From Azolla caroliniana (lineage: Eukaryota; Plantae; Polypodiophyta), in assembly GCA_043228905.1 (NCBI GenBank), contig JBHGNT010000003.1, positions 4,216,001-4,280,000 of the forward strand: a stretch of DNA of 64,000 nucleotides, in the 5' to 3' direction. How positions within the stretch are numbered: the first letter of the stretch is position 1; every line of letters begins with the position of its first letter. Below the pieces are notes generated by a model. That model saw only the letters and a program-made list of their open reading frames with translations, did no database searches and had not been told where the DNA came from. A program made the position numbers and the translations under genes. Below are positions 39,622-53,369 of this stretch, in pieces.

Positions 39622-40949
39622 GGCAGATACGAGCATTAGGAGGAGGGGATGACTTTGGTGATAAAAGCACAAGACGTTTCTTTCTCCACCAGCGGCAATG
39701 TCCACTCAACTCCTCTTAATGACAAAGCTCAAGCTGTGTTGGAATTGGTCAGCCCAATAACTCTTTGGATTCTATGGAAACAACGGTGTAAATGAGTCTT
39801 CTCCAACCAAACCGCGCATCCAACAAGGCTACTACAAGGGATATGGAATGAAATTGTAGCGACTCTAAAGAGCCAATATGATGGCCTCAAGGGCGGCTCC
39901 GATGAAGTTGAACGACAACGAATAACCTTCATCCAACAATGGTCGTCCTCTCCCTTGCTTGAGTTAGTGGACATCCACATAAGATGGAACTATCGCGTCC
40001 CTATAGGGATTTGTACATAATCGTCTCATTTGTAAAATTTTATAGCTAATGGAAGGAGTTTTTTTTGGGGAAAAAAAAAAGATGCTCACCCTCCATCCCA
40101 ATGTGCTAAATGATTAGCTACCATTAACCTTGGATATTTAATTTGTCTATCACAATTCACAAAATTTCACTAAGAGGTTGCAAACTTGCAACTTAATCTC
40201 TTCTTTCTCAATAAAAAATATTTGCTAGATCTCTTGTAATTAGCCTAAATGTCAGGGGGAAGTTATTAGACTACAAATACAACGCCTTGGGTTTAAGGTT
40301 TGACTTTCACACATTTTTATTTCATCATGCATATTATTTTTTAACCTAATAGAGGCTATTGTTGAGAGTCTAGTTTGAACGCATGCCAACGTGATCTTTT
40401 CTAGACAACCTTACCCATAGCGGTAAGTTATTATATTACTAACACACGGCTTAAACCATAATAGTTTGGTCTTTATTGTACAACCTTACTCTTAGTGGTA
40501 AGTTGTTAAAGTGCTAAAACAACGTCTTGGGTTCAAGGCTCGACTTTTACACTTCTTTATTACACGATACATATTTTTTCTTATAAATCTATTAGATGCA
40601 CTGTGGAATGTATGGGTTGAACACATGACCCATTTGTCTTCGCTAGACAACCATACTAAGTGGTCTATCCCTTAAAAGCAATCTACATGTTAAAACAACA
40701 TGACAACCCAACAAGCCCTTTTTAAGTCTACAATAATAGTGGAGAGGGATCTTATGACTTTTATGGAATTGTAAGATGACCTAACATAAATGTAGTTGCA
40801 AGACAATGGGCTCATACAGTGCCTTGGATGTATGGACTACGAAACCAAATTTCCTTTCATCATTCATCGTTTTTTTTTTCCAAAACAAAATATCCTTCCA
40901 TTAGTTTTAAAAAACCTATCAAGTACAAACTACAAAAGAGATGAATGAG

Positions 40950-42110
40950 AAGAGGAAAAAGGACTATCCCAATGACGAGCCATGGATCCTGCCGCCTACT
41001 TTCATCATACCAGAAAATGTCATCATAATAATTAGACACCTTACACATGCCTTCAAGGATAGAGTTGTATAACATCGTCATTCTTATCCTACTCAATATA
41101 TCCCAATAACATGGCAAGCCGTTGTATCATATCTCCTCGAATCATATGTGATAAATGGCGACCTTCAACTTGCCTTCATTACATAAGACTTTGCAAGTAT
41201 AATTATTCGTGATCGCTCCAACATGTATGCTATCATCAAAAGTTTCATCATGTATTAAAACCGTAGGTCCAATCGAAGCTTCAACCATTACTTCACAACG
41301 TCTTGTATATCCTAAGTAAACAAGCTTCCAACCTGGTTCTATATTCCCTCCATTCTCTTGAAACTACCTCGTATACATGAAGACAATGAACCACTTGCAT
41401 GCTCACACAACTTCGGAGAACCATAGCATGCAGAACATTCTTTAAATTACATCGTTCTACCACATCCACTCCTTGTTGGAAATGAAAACCTTGATCCTTC
41501 CTATTAGCATTACTTTCGGAACATCCTAAGGATCACCCATTTCTTTCCACCAGCAATAAATTCTCAAACTGTGCTCATGCTTCAATTATTGCTCCACCTT
41601 TACAGTACCAATCTCCACTGATCCATGCTCAACATATCTTGTAACAGATGCATTTCACAAGAGAATATGTTTGTTTGGAAGAATATCATTTACATCTTGA
41701 ACTGAAGCATTACATATCCAACAAAGCATTCCCAAGCTCAATATTGTCTTCTAACAGCCTCTTACTCATAATTTCGATGTGATTTTCTATGCATGCCAAT
41801 CACTCTTTCACTGCCACCTTGGCAAACTTCTCAAGGCCAAAATCAGTGCATCCCACATCCTTGTATCTCGAAATCAAAGTTAAAAATATTTCTTATACCT
41901 CAACAAGTAAACCACAAGAAAAATCTCTGTTGAGCCATGATCCACCTATCCACATATAGCATATGTCCAACAAAGCCTTTCCAAGCTCAATATTGTCTTC
42001 TAGCAGCCTGTTACTCATGATTCCATTGCGAGGTTCTGTGCCTATTAACACTCCTACAATGCCACCTGCTGGTAATATCCTGAAATTAGTGCATTTTTAG
42101 AAGCCATAAC
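40950..42110 (-). pseudogene. Decayed PPR gene fragments
   Basis: Minus-strand remnants SKRLLEDNIELGNALLDM*, RLLEDNIELGKALLDI and LYNSILEGMCK, with numerous stops and frameshifts. Boundaries are approximate. Confidence 0.6.
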
Positions 42111-42269
42111 CTGAACCGGAAGTCCCTCTTTCCTCATAGGTAAAGCACACAAGATGAGGGTCATATGGCGGCCTTATTGCGTCTTCCATTACTGTCTCCA
42201 CACAAAGAAGTTGCATCGTGAAACACCATCCTTCTTCAACCTGCTCATAGTTAGCTATACGTACAACGT

Positions 42270-43640
42270 GCTACCAATTGTCTCCATTCATCCTCCCCAG
42301 AAAAAAGAAAAAGAAAAAAGAAGAAGAAAACCACTCCCCAAATTTGAAAAGTAAATGAAACATAATCTATCCTTCTTGTCACTCCCTAGAACTACTTCAA
42401 CATCCTTTAACATCATCTATCTCTGCCCCAAAGTAAAAAGATTTACTCATAAGGATGGCTTCCCCAAGCAAAGCCAAACCACTCTTGTAATTTCCACTTT
42501 CAATGTACACAAAGTAGTTGCATCTTGAGACAGTCTTCTATTTTCCACATTTAACCTGCTTGTAAATAGCAAAACATAAGGCATGGTACCAAATGTATAC
42601 ATCCTAGTACAATACCTTTTGACAGTTTGTCTCCACTCATCCTCCCCAGAAAAATGAGAAAACCACTCCCCAACTTTGATAAGTCATTGAAACATAATCT
42701 AGCCTCCGTGTCACTCCTAGAACTGCTTCAACATCCTTTAACATCATCCATCTTTGTCACAAACACGAAGCAAAAATATTTTCCCCCATAAGGATGGCTT
42801 CCCCAAGCAAAGCCAAAACACTCTTCTAATTCCACTTTCAACGTACACAAAGTAGCTGCATCTTAATGCAGTCTTCTATTTTCCACATTCAACTTGCTCA
42901 GAGTCAACAATACATAAAACCTACTATAAATGTATACATCTTAGTACAATACCTTTTGACAGTTTGCCTCTGCTCATCCTCCCCAAAAAAATGAGAAAAC
43001 CACTCCCCAAATTTGAAAAGTAATCGAAACATAATCTAGCCTCTCTAGCACTCCCTAGGATTGCGTCAACATCCTTTTACATCATCCATATTTGTCACAA
43101 GCACAAAGCAAAAAGATTTTCCCATGAGGATGGCTTCCCCAACCAAAGCCAAACCAGTCTTCTATTTTCCACTTTCAACGTGCACAAAACAGTTGCATCT
43201 TAAGACAATCTTCTATTTTCCCCATTCATACATAAGACATGCAACCAAATGTATACATCCTAGTACAATACCTTTTGACAATTTGACTCCAATCATCCTT
43301 CCTAGAAAAATGAGAAAACCACTCCCCAAATTTGAAAAGTTTGAAACATAATCTAGCCTCCCTGCCACTCCCTAGAACTACTTCAACATCCTTTAACATC
43401 ATCCATCTTTGTCACAAGCACAAAGCAATAAATAAATAAATAAATAAAAATAAAAAAATCCCATAAGGATGACGTCCCCCAACAAAGCCAAACCACTCTT
43501 CTATTCTCCACCTTCAACCTACTCACATTCAACCTAATGCCAAATGTATAGCTCCTAGTACAACACCTTTTAAGAATTTGTCTCCACTCATCCTCCCTAG
43601 AAAAATGAGAAAATCACTCCCCAAATTTGAAAAATAAATA
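42270..43640. repeat. ~330-bp tandem repeat, about 4 diverged copies
   Basis: The anchor CACTCCCCAAATTTGAAAA (or a close variant) recurs near 42332, 42664, 43001, 43320 and 43615. AGGATGGCTTCCCC and CAAAGCCAAA recur in each unit. Confidence 0.88.
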
Positions 43641-45100
43641 AACCCCACCATTGAATAATTATAGTAAATGCTTGATCTAACACCCTCCATCAACTATAGA
43701 AGAAACTAATACGAAATAAGTTATAATAAAGAATATTATTTAACATAAACCTCCATGTCACTCCATAGAAATGCTTCATCACATCCACTCACTATCCATT
43801 CTAATAGTACTAATAAATACTTCATCCACGCTCACCATCTGTCCATGGTACCTGTCCAACGACATTGCTTCATAATCCATTAGGTAAGTAACAAAACCCG
43901 CCGAAAAGTATCAAACAATACAGATTACATTGAATAGAAATATATAAATACCTCCCTATCACACCATAGCAACACTTCTTCCTTCCATAGCAACATCCTT
44001 CTCCAACAATGAATAGAATTATTATGTTTATCAAAAAGTTATATTCTTATGTGCCGGAAGTATATTCCATCCCAACTTAAGACTGAAATAAGAAAGGACT
44101 AGGCGGAGGAAACAACCATCGTGGTGGCACATTCATCATTCATCGTTATTGTGGTATTCCATAAAGGCCATCAACAAGGACTCATTTTTCGTACTCCAAT
44201 TCTACTATAGCCCAATACACAAGGTATTGAGTTACTAATTTGTGCCATAGGGAAGGTGAAGTTTTATAGTTTGAGCAATGAGCCATGTAAGGAATGTATG
44301 CTTATTCTCCTCCTCCAATGTGTGCATAGAAAGATCATGTCCCACAAAAAATACATCAACATTTCAAAACTATTCCGCATCAAAATAATAAATGTGTTTT
44401 TACAAACATTACTAAATGTACTATTTTTTTTAGGGTATATGCATGGGCATACAATAATTTGTCCCTATATAAAACCTATTCGATAGTTTTGAAAACAAAT
44501 TTGGACTCTATCAAACTAGATAACTTGGAAAACACGATTTTAAAATGTGTCCATATGTTCCTCTATAAGGTAATTATACAACTCACAATTACTAAGTGGC
44601 TACACATTTACTTGCCACATCACTATTATATACAACTCAAAAGCCCGTCAGTGGTGATTATGCTTGTCATATAATTTCCTTTTATTGAAAGAAAATATAG
44701 CGTTTGTTCCTTACAATCATAGTTAATTCAAAACTTGAAATGTGTCCATATATTGAGCTTCTAGATGTCAAAAGTTAGAAGTTTGTAAAACATAGAAAAC
44801 TATCAAATGATTTCATAATTCTTTCATTCCAATGTAGAACAAGGAAAATCACTGACTCCATTATATCATGATTGTTGAAGCATAGCACGAAATATGGCAT
44901 TTTCATAACAAAATTTAGCCATGTTTATCGTTGTGCTTGCCGTAAAACTCCTATTGTTTGTTTTTCATTACAATTGTATTCTACATCTTGTTGCACATTA
45001 TTATTGTACACGTTATCTATGCAAACTTTACATTTTGAAGTTGCTGCTTTCTTTTAATGCCGAAGAATTATATAAACACGAGAGAAATGCACAAGTAAAT

Positions 45101-46783
45101 CTACACAAATCTGGTATTACTCGTATTGTTAGCTTCCATATATATGTTACACATACAAACATAGGCTACAGTTTTCTTGTCATCAAGTTGCATTGCCAAT
45201 TCAAATGCATCTCTGGCAAGGTCTACATTTTTCCACTTTCGACAAGCACCAAGCAAAGCAAGGCATGTTTCCATATTAGGATGAGATGTCGTAACCCTCA
45301 TTGTTGCGACTGCTCTGTCTAATTGCCCTGATCTACTGAAAAGATCGACCATGATAGTATGGTGTTTGAGGTCTGGGGCAATACCATACACTCCACTCAT
45401 GAACTCAAAGTATGTTTGACCTTTATCTAGATGGCCTTCATGATTACACGCATTTAAGAGACTTATGAATGTAATGGAATTTGGAAGAATGTCATCTTCT
45501 CTCATTTTATCAAAAGTATAAAGAGCCTCTCCAAAATTCCCTAGTTGGGCATATCCTGTAATCAATGATGTCCAAGAGACTACATTTCGGGTCGGAAGCT
45601 TATCAAACACTTCTTGTGCTTTTGCAAGTAAACCACATTTGACATACATATCGATAAGCGCATTGCCGACAATTTGATCTGATTTGAACCATCCTCTTTG
45701 TTCAATGTGGTCATGCATTTCTTTGCCCTTCTGTGAGGCTCCAATGCTTCCACAAGCTTTCAAGCTTGATGCGAGTGTTACACTATTCGGAGTTATACCT
45801 TCAAGTTTCATCTGATCAAAACACTTCAATGCTTCCTCACCACGATCATTTTGTGAATACCCAGCAATAAGAGCTGACCACGACACAACGTCTCTTACGT
45901 GCAGCTTGTTGAACACTTTTCTTGCTTGACCTAGCATGTGGCATTTGACATACATATCAACTAAGGCCGTGCCGACCATAAGGTTGTTCTCTACTGGTCC
46001 AATCCTTTGAATTTGAGTATGTATGGTTCTACCTCTTTCACAATCGCCAATGATTCCACATGCTTTAAGGCAACATGCAAACGTGATTACATCCGGAGTT
46101 ATACCTTCAAATTGCAGTCGATCATAGCATTCCAACGCTTCTTCAGCATAGCCACATTCTACGTATCCCACTATCAATGCATTCCAAGACACTATATCCC
46201 TACTCGGAAGCTTGTTGAACACTTTGTGTGCTTCTTCACGCAATCCACATTTTGAATACATGTCTACAAGTGCATTGCCAACAAATTGATTCGTTTCAAA
46301 GATCCCTATCTTCAAGACATCTGCGTGAATATCTCGACCTTTGTCCACATCTTTGATGCTAGCACAAGCTTTCAAGGTGCAAGAGAAGGTGATGCCATCA
46401 GGAAGGATCACTTGGTTCCGCATTTCTACATAGCAATCCAATGCAAATTTTCCTTGGTCATGTTGTGAATACCCTCCAATGAGCGCATTCCATGAGACCA
46501 CATTCCTCACCGGAAGCGAATTGAACACTTCTCGAGCTTGTTCAGTAGCACCACACTTGGCATACATGTCAACAATGGCGGTGCCAATGAACAAATTTCC
46601 CGACAACTTTGTTTGTACTGTGTACTCATGTATCTCAAAACCCATCTCTTTATCTCTAAGTTTAGCACAAGACTTAAGTAAAGAGAGAATAATGTGTTCT
46701 TTTACGGGGTAGACCACATCATGACCATTTCTTTGCATTTCCTTGAGAAATCTGAGGACTGCATTTGATTTATCACACCTCAT
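45101..46783 (-). CDS. PLS-class pentatricopeptide repeat protein with an E-type extension and no DYW domain (560 aa)
   Basis: Uninterrupted ORF with repeated GNALVDMYxKCG / DVVSWNALI / PDxITF motifs, then PDLKHHTIMVDLFSRSG, ALLGACRKW and AYVCMCNIY. The true start is uncertain. Confidence 0.92.
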   Translation of the reverse strand: MRCDKSNAVLRFLKEMQRNGHDVVYPVKEHIILSLLKSCAKLRDKEMGFEIHEYTVQTKLSGNLFIGTAIVDMYAKCGATEQAREVFNSLPVRNVVSWNALIGGYSQHDQGKFALDCYVEMRNQVILPDGITFSCTLKACASIKDVDKGRDIHADVLKIGIFETNQFVGNALVDMYSKCGLREEAHKVFNKLPSRDIVSWNALIVGYVECGYAEEALECYDRLQFEGITPDVITFACCLKACGIIGDCERGRTIHTQIQRIGPVENNLMVGTALVDMYVKCHMLGQARKVFNKLHVRDVVSWSALIAGYSQNDRGEEALKCFDQMKLEGITPNSVTLASSLKACGSIGASQKGKEMHDHIEQRGWFKSDQIVGNALIDMYVKCGLLAKAQEVFDKLPTRNVVSWTSLITGYAQLGNFGEALYTFDKMREDDILPNSITFISLLNACNHEGHLDKGQTYFEFMSGVYGIAPDLKHHTIMVDLFSRSGQLDRAVATMRVTTSHPNMETCLALLGACRKWKNVDLARDAFELAMQLDDKKTVAYVCMCNIYMEANNTSNTRFV

Positions 46784-48673
46784 GCATTCATGGATGAAGG
46801 AACTCGCTGCTCAAGGAAGACTCTGTTCTGTTCTGTTCTGGGAAAGAGAGAACCCATTGAAGAAGAAAGAGCATATATCAAAACAGTTCCTCTTATTGGC
46901 TTTCATCTCCTTGAAGTGTGAAACAATCCCCCAAGAAAGGTTTCCTTTAGAAACATGTCTCTCGGAAACTTCAAATCTTTTTTCGTTCATCCGGACATCG
47001 GTTTTCATTCATTTTAATTTACCTGCTGCCCTTCATGGCTTGTGGATAACAAAACCGAACCATTGGCAACCATATGTTTCTTTGTCAATTTTCTTTCATG
47101 ATCCGATATGTTGAGATTCCTCTTCTCCAAACGAAAGAAAAGTCACTAAATTGTGAGAGAATGTTAGTATTTCTTTAGAATTTAGAGAAGATCTTTGTCT
47201 TCTAGAATTGTCACCACATTGGCCATATGATATACTTGTGGAGAGAATATAACCCACTTTTATGCTTGTTGAAACTTCGAACCGATGTAACAATCATTCA
47301 TCATTTAATACGCATCATTGTTGTACAAAATGGTAGATATGGTTTTCTTGTTAGGACTTGACGCCGAAGGGTTTAGGAAAGGGATCCAATGCTTTGTTTG
47401 AAGAGTGTTTCTTTGACTATAAGTTCCTTGCAAATAAGCCAACTCATCTATATCAAAAAATGTTTGTTTAGTTCCCATCCTAAAAGCATCAATGGATCAT
47501 TTCAATACGCATGCTCAAATTTGGGCACGAGTATAATGTGTAATACAATTTATTATCCTAATGTGCAACAAGTGCCACATACCTCTCCTCCTGAGGTGTG
47601 TGCCTAATCACTATCACAAAACTGACTACCCAACGTATGGTAAAGATTGTGGTATATTTGCATAAAAAAAACTAGGACCTAAAAATTGTTGAGCTTATGT
47701 AGATATATTGATACTAGAATAAAAATAACTAGGGCTTGTTTATACCCAATGGCTATTTTTCAAGGATTTTCTTATGTTTACATTTGAGTGGGGTAGGTTT
47801 GCCCATTTTCACAACAAAATAAGGGATTTCAAGTATTATCTATAAAAAATACACATACAGTTTTCCTCAATTCATATTTGCAAATTGCAACCATTCTTGA
47901 ATTAATTGTGCCATCAATTAGGCTTTTCATCTTTTGTTGTGTCAATGTGAGTTTTTCAATTTAAAAGCATCTCTTGTATTGCTACTATCCCAATCAAGCC
48001 ATGAGTAGACACAATCTCTTTGCATGAACCTTGAGTACTCACACAACTTTCATCTCATTCGTTAATTCACTTCTTGAGGCTTCAAATGTAGTTTTGCTTC
48101 ACTTCATGACTTTGTTCAGATCAACGTGAATAATTCCTTTACAGAAAAATAACACAACAAAGAACTCTACATAATTTACAGAAATTATTCCAAGATCTTA
48201 TAGCGAGGATGCTTCATACAGGATATTTGGAGAAACTTCAAATGCCTAAGTTTAGACCATTTAAAAAACTAGATATGTAGCATTAGCTTGTATGTGACTA
48301 ATTGAAGTTCGCTCTGTAATAACATGTCTTAAATATTCGTGTAGAATATGTATTATCAATTTAATTCCACATTTAGAGATAATCTCTTCATCTTAACCTA
48401 TACTTTACATACAATGGGTTGCTTTCCCACACATGTGCACATGTTCCGAAAGAGAAACTACCTATTCATTTCTTGCACACCCTCTTTTTGTCAGACAAAA
48501 TAAAAGTGTCATTCAGCTGTAAACAGGAGCTTAATTTTTAAGAATATGAATTACTTTCTTCTTCTCATTTTTCTTTGGAGATGCAAGAAAAGAATGAAAT
48601 CATTCTTAATATGTATGATTTTCTACATATATTTGTAAGACATTTACTGAGTTCAAAAATCTATGCATAGTTC

Positions 48674-51600
48674 TCAATATGATGTAAAGGAGTTCTGATA
48701 TTCCTCTTGTTTTCTTTTGAGAAATTCCTTGACAATAGCAACTGACCCACTAAGAACAGCTGTGCCATTCTCCATGTAAACAGCTCCATCTGCATAATCT
48801 AATTCCTCGAGTCGATGGGTAACCCACAATGCAGTCACTCCATCCAGTCCATCCACAACCCTCCTCACTGCTTCTATCACACCCATCTGAACAAAGGTTT
48901 TCTTCACTTTGAAACATTAAATAATTACAGAAATGAAAGAATTAAATAGCTCTATATGACCTCTGTGGATGTTTAACTGATTTGGGGTCTTCACTTAATC
49001 TGTTGGTTATATAAACATGTGAAAGGTTTCACATATGCGTATACACATTCTCCTTATGGAACACAAAGAACATCAACAATTTGTCGAAAGATGGTTTTCA
49101 CCTGATCTCTTTCATCAAGAAAAGTGGTCAGTTCATCAAGAAGTAAAACTTTGCTCATCTCAGCCAATGCACCAGCGATAGCAATGCGTTGTTTCTGCCC
49201 ACCACTTAATGTTTGCACTGGTCTCTACACAAAAGAATGATGATATACATAGCTAAATTCATATCTTCAAATCATCTATTGATATATATATATATATGCA
49301 AACACCATTCTATAACCCAAAATCAGCCATGACTTCTGAAGCAGAAAATAAAACTTAAATTCACATTCCCAAATTTCACAACACATTCTAAAATCTAATC
49401 TCATGATGGAGAAAGAATGGATATATTTTTTTACTTGGAGATATTCAGACATCCCGACGGCTTCCAGTGACCTCATGACTCTATCTCTCACTTCTTCTTG
49501 AGAAAGTTCAAGGTTACCAAGCCCAAACGCAACATCAGCTTCAGCTGTAGGCATTACAACCTGAAGAAAACACATACCATACGTTTTCATAGGAGGTATC
49601 ATGCAAATAAATTATAAATTTGGAAAAATTGTAGCGTAAAATATTTACTAAAAATGGTCCTAAGATTTGGTTGGGTTGGATATTCCCACACCTGATGGTC
49701 AGGATTTTGGAACACAAAGCTTTTGGGTTCTCGGATAAATAGATCCCCTGATGTAGGTTTCAAGAGCCCAGCCAATGCCTGTCTTTTTCATGTTAGATCA
49801 TAAAGTTTTTACATTGCCTGTGTGTACAAATTATTGTATATCAAAAGATGATCTAATGGTGCGACAGAAAAACCGACATATTTTTTCTATATAAACACTG
49901 TTTCACTTGAAGACAATCCAAATTATCAGTATTTGGCATCAACATACATTTCATGGCCTCTGACATAAAATTGAAACAGCTAACATTTTCCAATCCACGT
50001 TTACATTTAAAAACCATTTTATCCTTACACTTTTTCTACTATATGAGGTCGCTTTAGGGAGTTGTGGCACAAATTCCAACAAAAGTTTACACAATACAAC
50101 CCACCCCATAATCAACATGCAAACATTTTCCCAACCATAAAAAAACAGAAACCTTGAAATAATGAAATAATTGAAGCCTATTTATTTGAAGATATTCATA
50201 ATAAAAAAGATTATCATAGTAGACCATCAAGAGAAACATAGCTAGGGCTAACATCATTCTCCAGAAGACTTTTAATGAAAATGTTCCATGGGAAACAAAG
50301 CTAACAAGTGAGTTGCCATTAATTAAGTGATACAAGAAGATGGCCTTGGCAAATAGCAAGAAACCATATCAGCTGAGAACTCAGATATTAATAGCTACTA
50401 AAAATGTAATGAGAGATTCAAGAAATTAGAGTAGGAGAGACACAAAATCTAGAATGAAATGATTTGCCTTAGAATTTTCAATCAGAATACTACAGTACCA
50501 GGCCTCTTAATTTAGGCTCATTGAAAGGTGTGGCGTGACTTCATCAATGATGTCATTTGAAATCACTCAATTCTCTTGTGGTAGATATTTAATGCATTGG
50601 CTTTGAGTTTCCTCCATTACCATTTTGTGGAAATTCCTTTTGTACCTTCTCTGAATAGATTTATTTAGGTTATGCAGGGAGTTTTTCTATCAAGGGCATA
50701 TGCAAATACTCCGAAATAATGTCACTGTACATTGAGCCCACAAAGCACAAATATGCGGGAGCATCAGAACGCTGCTAGATACACCACAAAATAATGTTGG
50801 AATTTTGGAAACTATAATTAAAATAATTATTTGTTGGAATGTCTACTTCATTACAAGGCAGCATTTCCAGCATGCCATACTTGGCCAAGATCCCACATGT
50901 GGTAATCCTGTATGCACAGCCCATCCCTCTGAAAATAAGCAAACGACTTGTAAGTGCACATCCAAAAACCCGTCTGATCATTCCCATGTTTTCCAAGAGT
51001 TAGTTTCATGGTGAATTCCTAGATACCATTACAAGTTTCAAACTCTTCTTTCTCACCAAAACATAAGCTAAACAATTTGAAGGCAAAGGGCATCCTCGTT
51101 ATTTTCCTATTACATTCATCACATTATTGCATACGTTTTCCAAGAGATGAGGGAAGATGAATGCTACAATTATTGTAAAATACTGTGTAGGATTCTCAGA
51201 AAATAAGAGAAGTTGATGGTGAATTGAACCATTCAGCCAGGTATCATTAACTGAACTTTTCCTAGCACTATTGCATTGAACTCTGGAAAGTGAGGGCACT
51301 CTTCCCCATCAATGTTTGATAAGTATGTTTTATTTTGTGGGTTTCATTAAAACAGAGGCAAACGGATGTTTTAAACAAACTCCAAGTTTTGAATGTAAAT
51401 TATCAAAAACATGACCTTTATTTTTTTAGGAAATCAAAGGTTTCCCAAAACTTCAAAATGTTGAGATATCGATCACTAAATCATTTTCAAACTAATTGTT
51501 TAGGTGAGGGTAAACTCTAAAAACATGTCAATGTCACAAAACATATTTTTCACAAAAACAGATGATATTACTAGATCCTGTTAAATGAAATGAACCATGT

Positions 51601-52001
51601 GAAAAAACAAGCGATGATGATTTGAGTGTATATGAGAGAGAGGGAGGAAAAGTACCTTGAGAAGGGTGGATTTTCCACATCCATTGGGGCCAAGAAGCAT
51701 CCAGAGCTCACCTTCCGGGATGCTCATACAACAATCTCGGAGGATAGGAATGGCTCTTGAATCCCTCTTGAAACTCAGATGCAAGTGTTTCACATCAATG
51801 GCCACTCCCTTTTTACCTTCAAGATATGCGAAACAAAGAGAAAGAACAACAATCTCTCTGTTCTCTCATTCAATCAATCAATCAAGCAATCATCCATTCA
51901 TTCATACCATGTGTAATAGCAGAGCTTGGGAGGGTGGAGGCAGCAGTGCATACACTCATCCTCTGTGTTGGTCCAACAGAGCATATAATTGTGCCCATCA
52001 T
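48674..52001 (-). CDS. ABCI10: ABC transporter I family ATPase, ABCI10/NAP13-like (ECF/CbiO type), ~267 aa
   Basis: Exons 51908-52001, 51656-51816, 49692-49778, 49435-49560, 49102-49224 and 48674-48886 sum to 804 nt. Walker [59 protein letters not shown]. The Ser/Thr-rich N-terminus resembles a transit peptide. Confidence 0.92.
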
Positions 52002-53369
52002 GTCTTCTTCTCTTCATCACCAGATGTTCCTTCCATAATTCCAGTCCCCTGTTTCTCTTCTGTACTCCAAAAGCCTATTTCCTTTAGATCTCCTCCCCAG
52101 GGCATATACCCTCGAGGTTTTGGTATTTCTCCGAATGCCCTCGAGACCGATCTTCTACGGCACAAACCATCAGGTCCGTTACATAAAACATAGCCCACAA
52201 AATTATGTGTTGGATGATGTCTATTCAATTCTTGTCTTCTCGCTTTTGTATGTGCATAAAAACCTTATGCTAGTATACCTTCGCTATTTGAAATATCGAA
52301 TCCGAAGAAAAGAGGTTAGCCTCCTCACCGATCGAGTCTCAGAAAAAACATCTTAAGATGCTCTAATGAAGAGGGTAGTTATGTAGTCCAATCCCCTTTG
52401 TATGGCTCGATGCATAAAGGCTCCTAGACCACCCTGCGTTTCCACGTGTTATAAGTCCTTTATGTGTTTGCCCTAGCTCCTAAGATAATAAGTTTCCTGA
52501 TTGTCCCATTAAAATTAGTTGTAGAATTGGTCCATACGGTTATATGCCTATAGCATAAACACATAATGAGACACACATTGTGCGTAGCTCACATGCATAA
52601 CATGTAGAAGGAAAAAAAATGTGAAACCTCAAGTCTTCTTTGCTTTGCCCCAATCATTCTCCTCCCAAGCACATTCTCGATCAACCCCTTCCTTCAAACA
52701 ATTGAATGTTCCCAAGAAAGGGATTGGTTTGGGCAATGTCGCTAGTGCATGATATTTTTTAAGAGATTTTGTATTGATTTAGAGGATCCGAGTTTGTTTG
52801 ATATGGTGGTGGTTCTACAAGCCGAGAAGGTTTGGTGTGTTGCGATTTTCAAAGAGGAGAATACTTTGGCATTGGATGCATGAAAAAAAGATGAACAACC
52901 CAAGTCAATGCGTTGCATGTCCAACCATTTCTCTCTCCCTCTCTCTCTGTGTATGTAAGTAATGGTTTTCATTACAAAAGAAAAAACATTATCATGACTA
53001 ACTTACAACAAAGTATAGAGACCCTGAGAGAAATTGGACAACGATGACAACGACAACAACAAACGCAATCCCACCCTACATAGCAATTTAGAATGTCAAA
53101 TATGAATATATGTGACATTGCAATTTTCTCTCTCTTCATGGTTGAGAATCCATGACTTCTCTAGCGCTGGCAATTGCATCAAAAGAAGTCCTTTTAACTT
53201 TACAAACATATTTTCTCGCCCCCAAATTGCAAATCAATGAGGGCATTTTATGGTTGAGTTGTCCTAAGAAAAGAAATAATGCAAGTGGAAACTGTGCATG
53301 AAGAGCTTGCAAACCATGATCAATTTCTCTCTCTCTCTCTCTCTCTCTCTTCTCCTTCCACTTAGGTAT

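Larger units (their letters stand above)
35037..40077 (+). mobile_element. 5'-truncated L1 LINE (~1.6 kb net) with poly(A) and a 14-bp TSD, interrupted by two LTR insertions
   Basis: TSD AAAGATGCTCACCC at 35023-35036 and 40078-40091. The frame WKMLMRL|RFTYFRPRKGVNWAP rejoins across the Gypsy insertion. zf-RVT motif FQWLLIHKSLP..CVECPHAVESI*HALWDC. Poly(A) starts at 40071. Confidence 0.88.

Noticed and set aside
40260-40560. Further degenerate A/B-box-like words (TAGTGGTAAG...GTCTTGGGTTCAAG)
   Set aside because: Too decayed to align confidently with the LTR module or to call a SINE.
51657-52193. 178-aa plus-strand ORF
   Set aside because: It is an antisense shadow of ABCI10 exons 1-2 with no recognisable motif.
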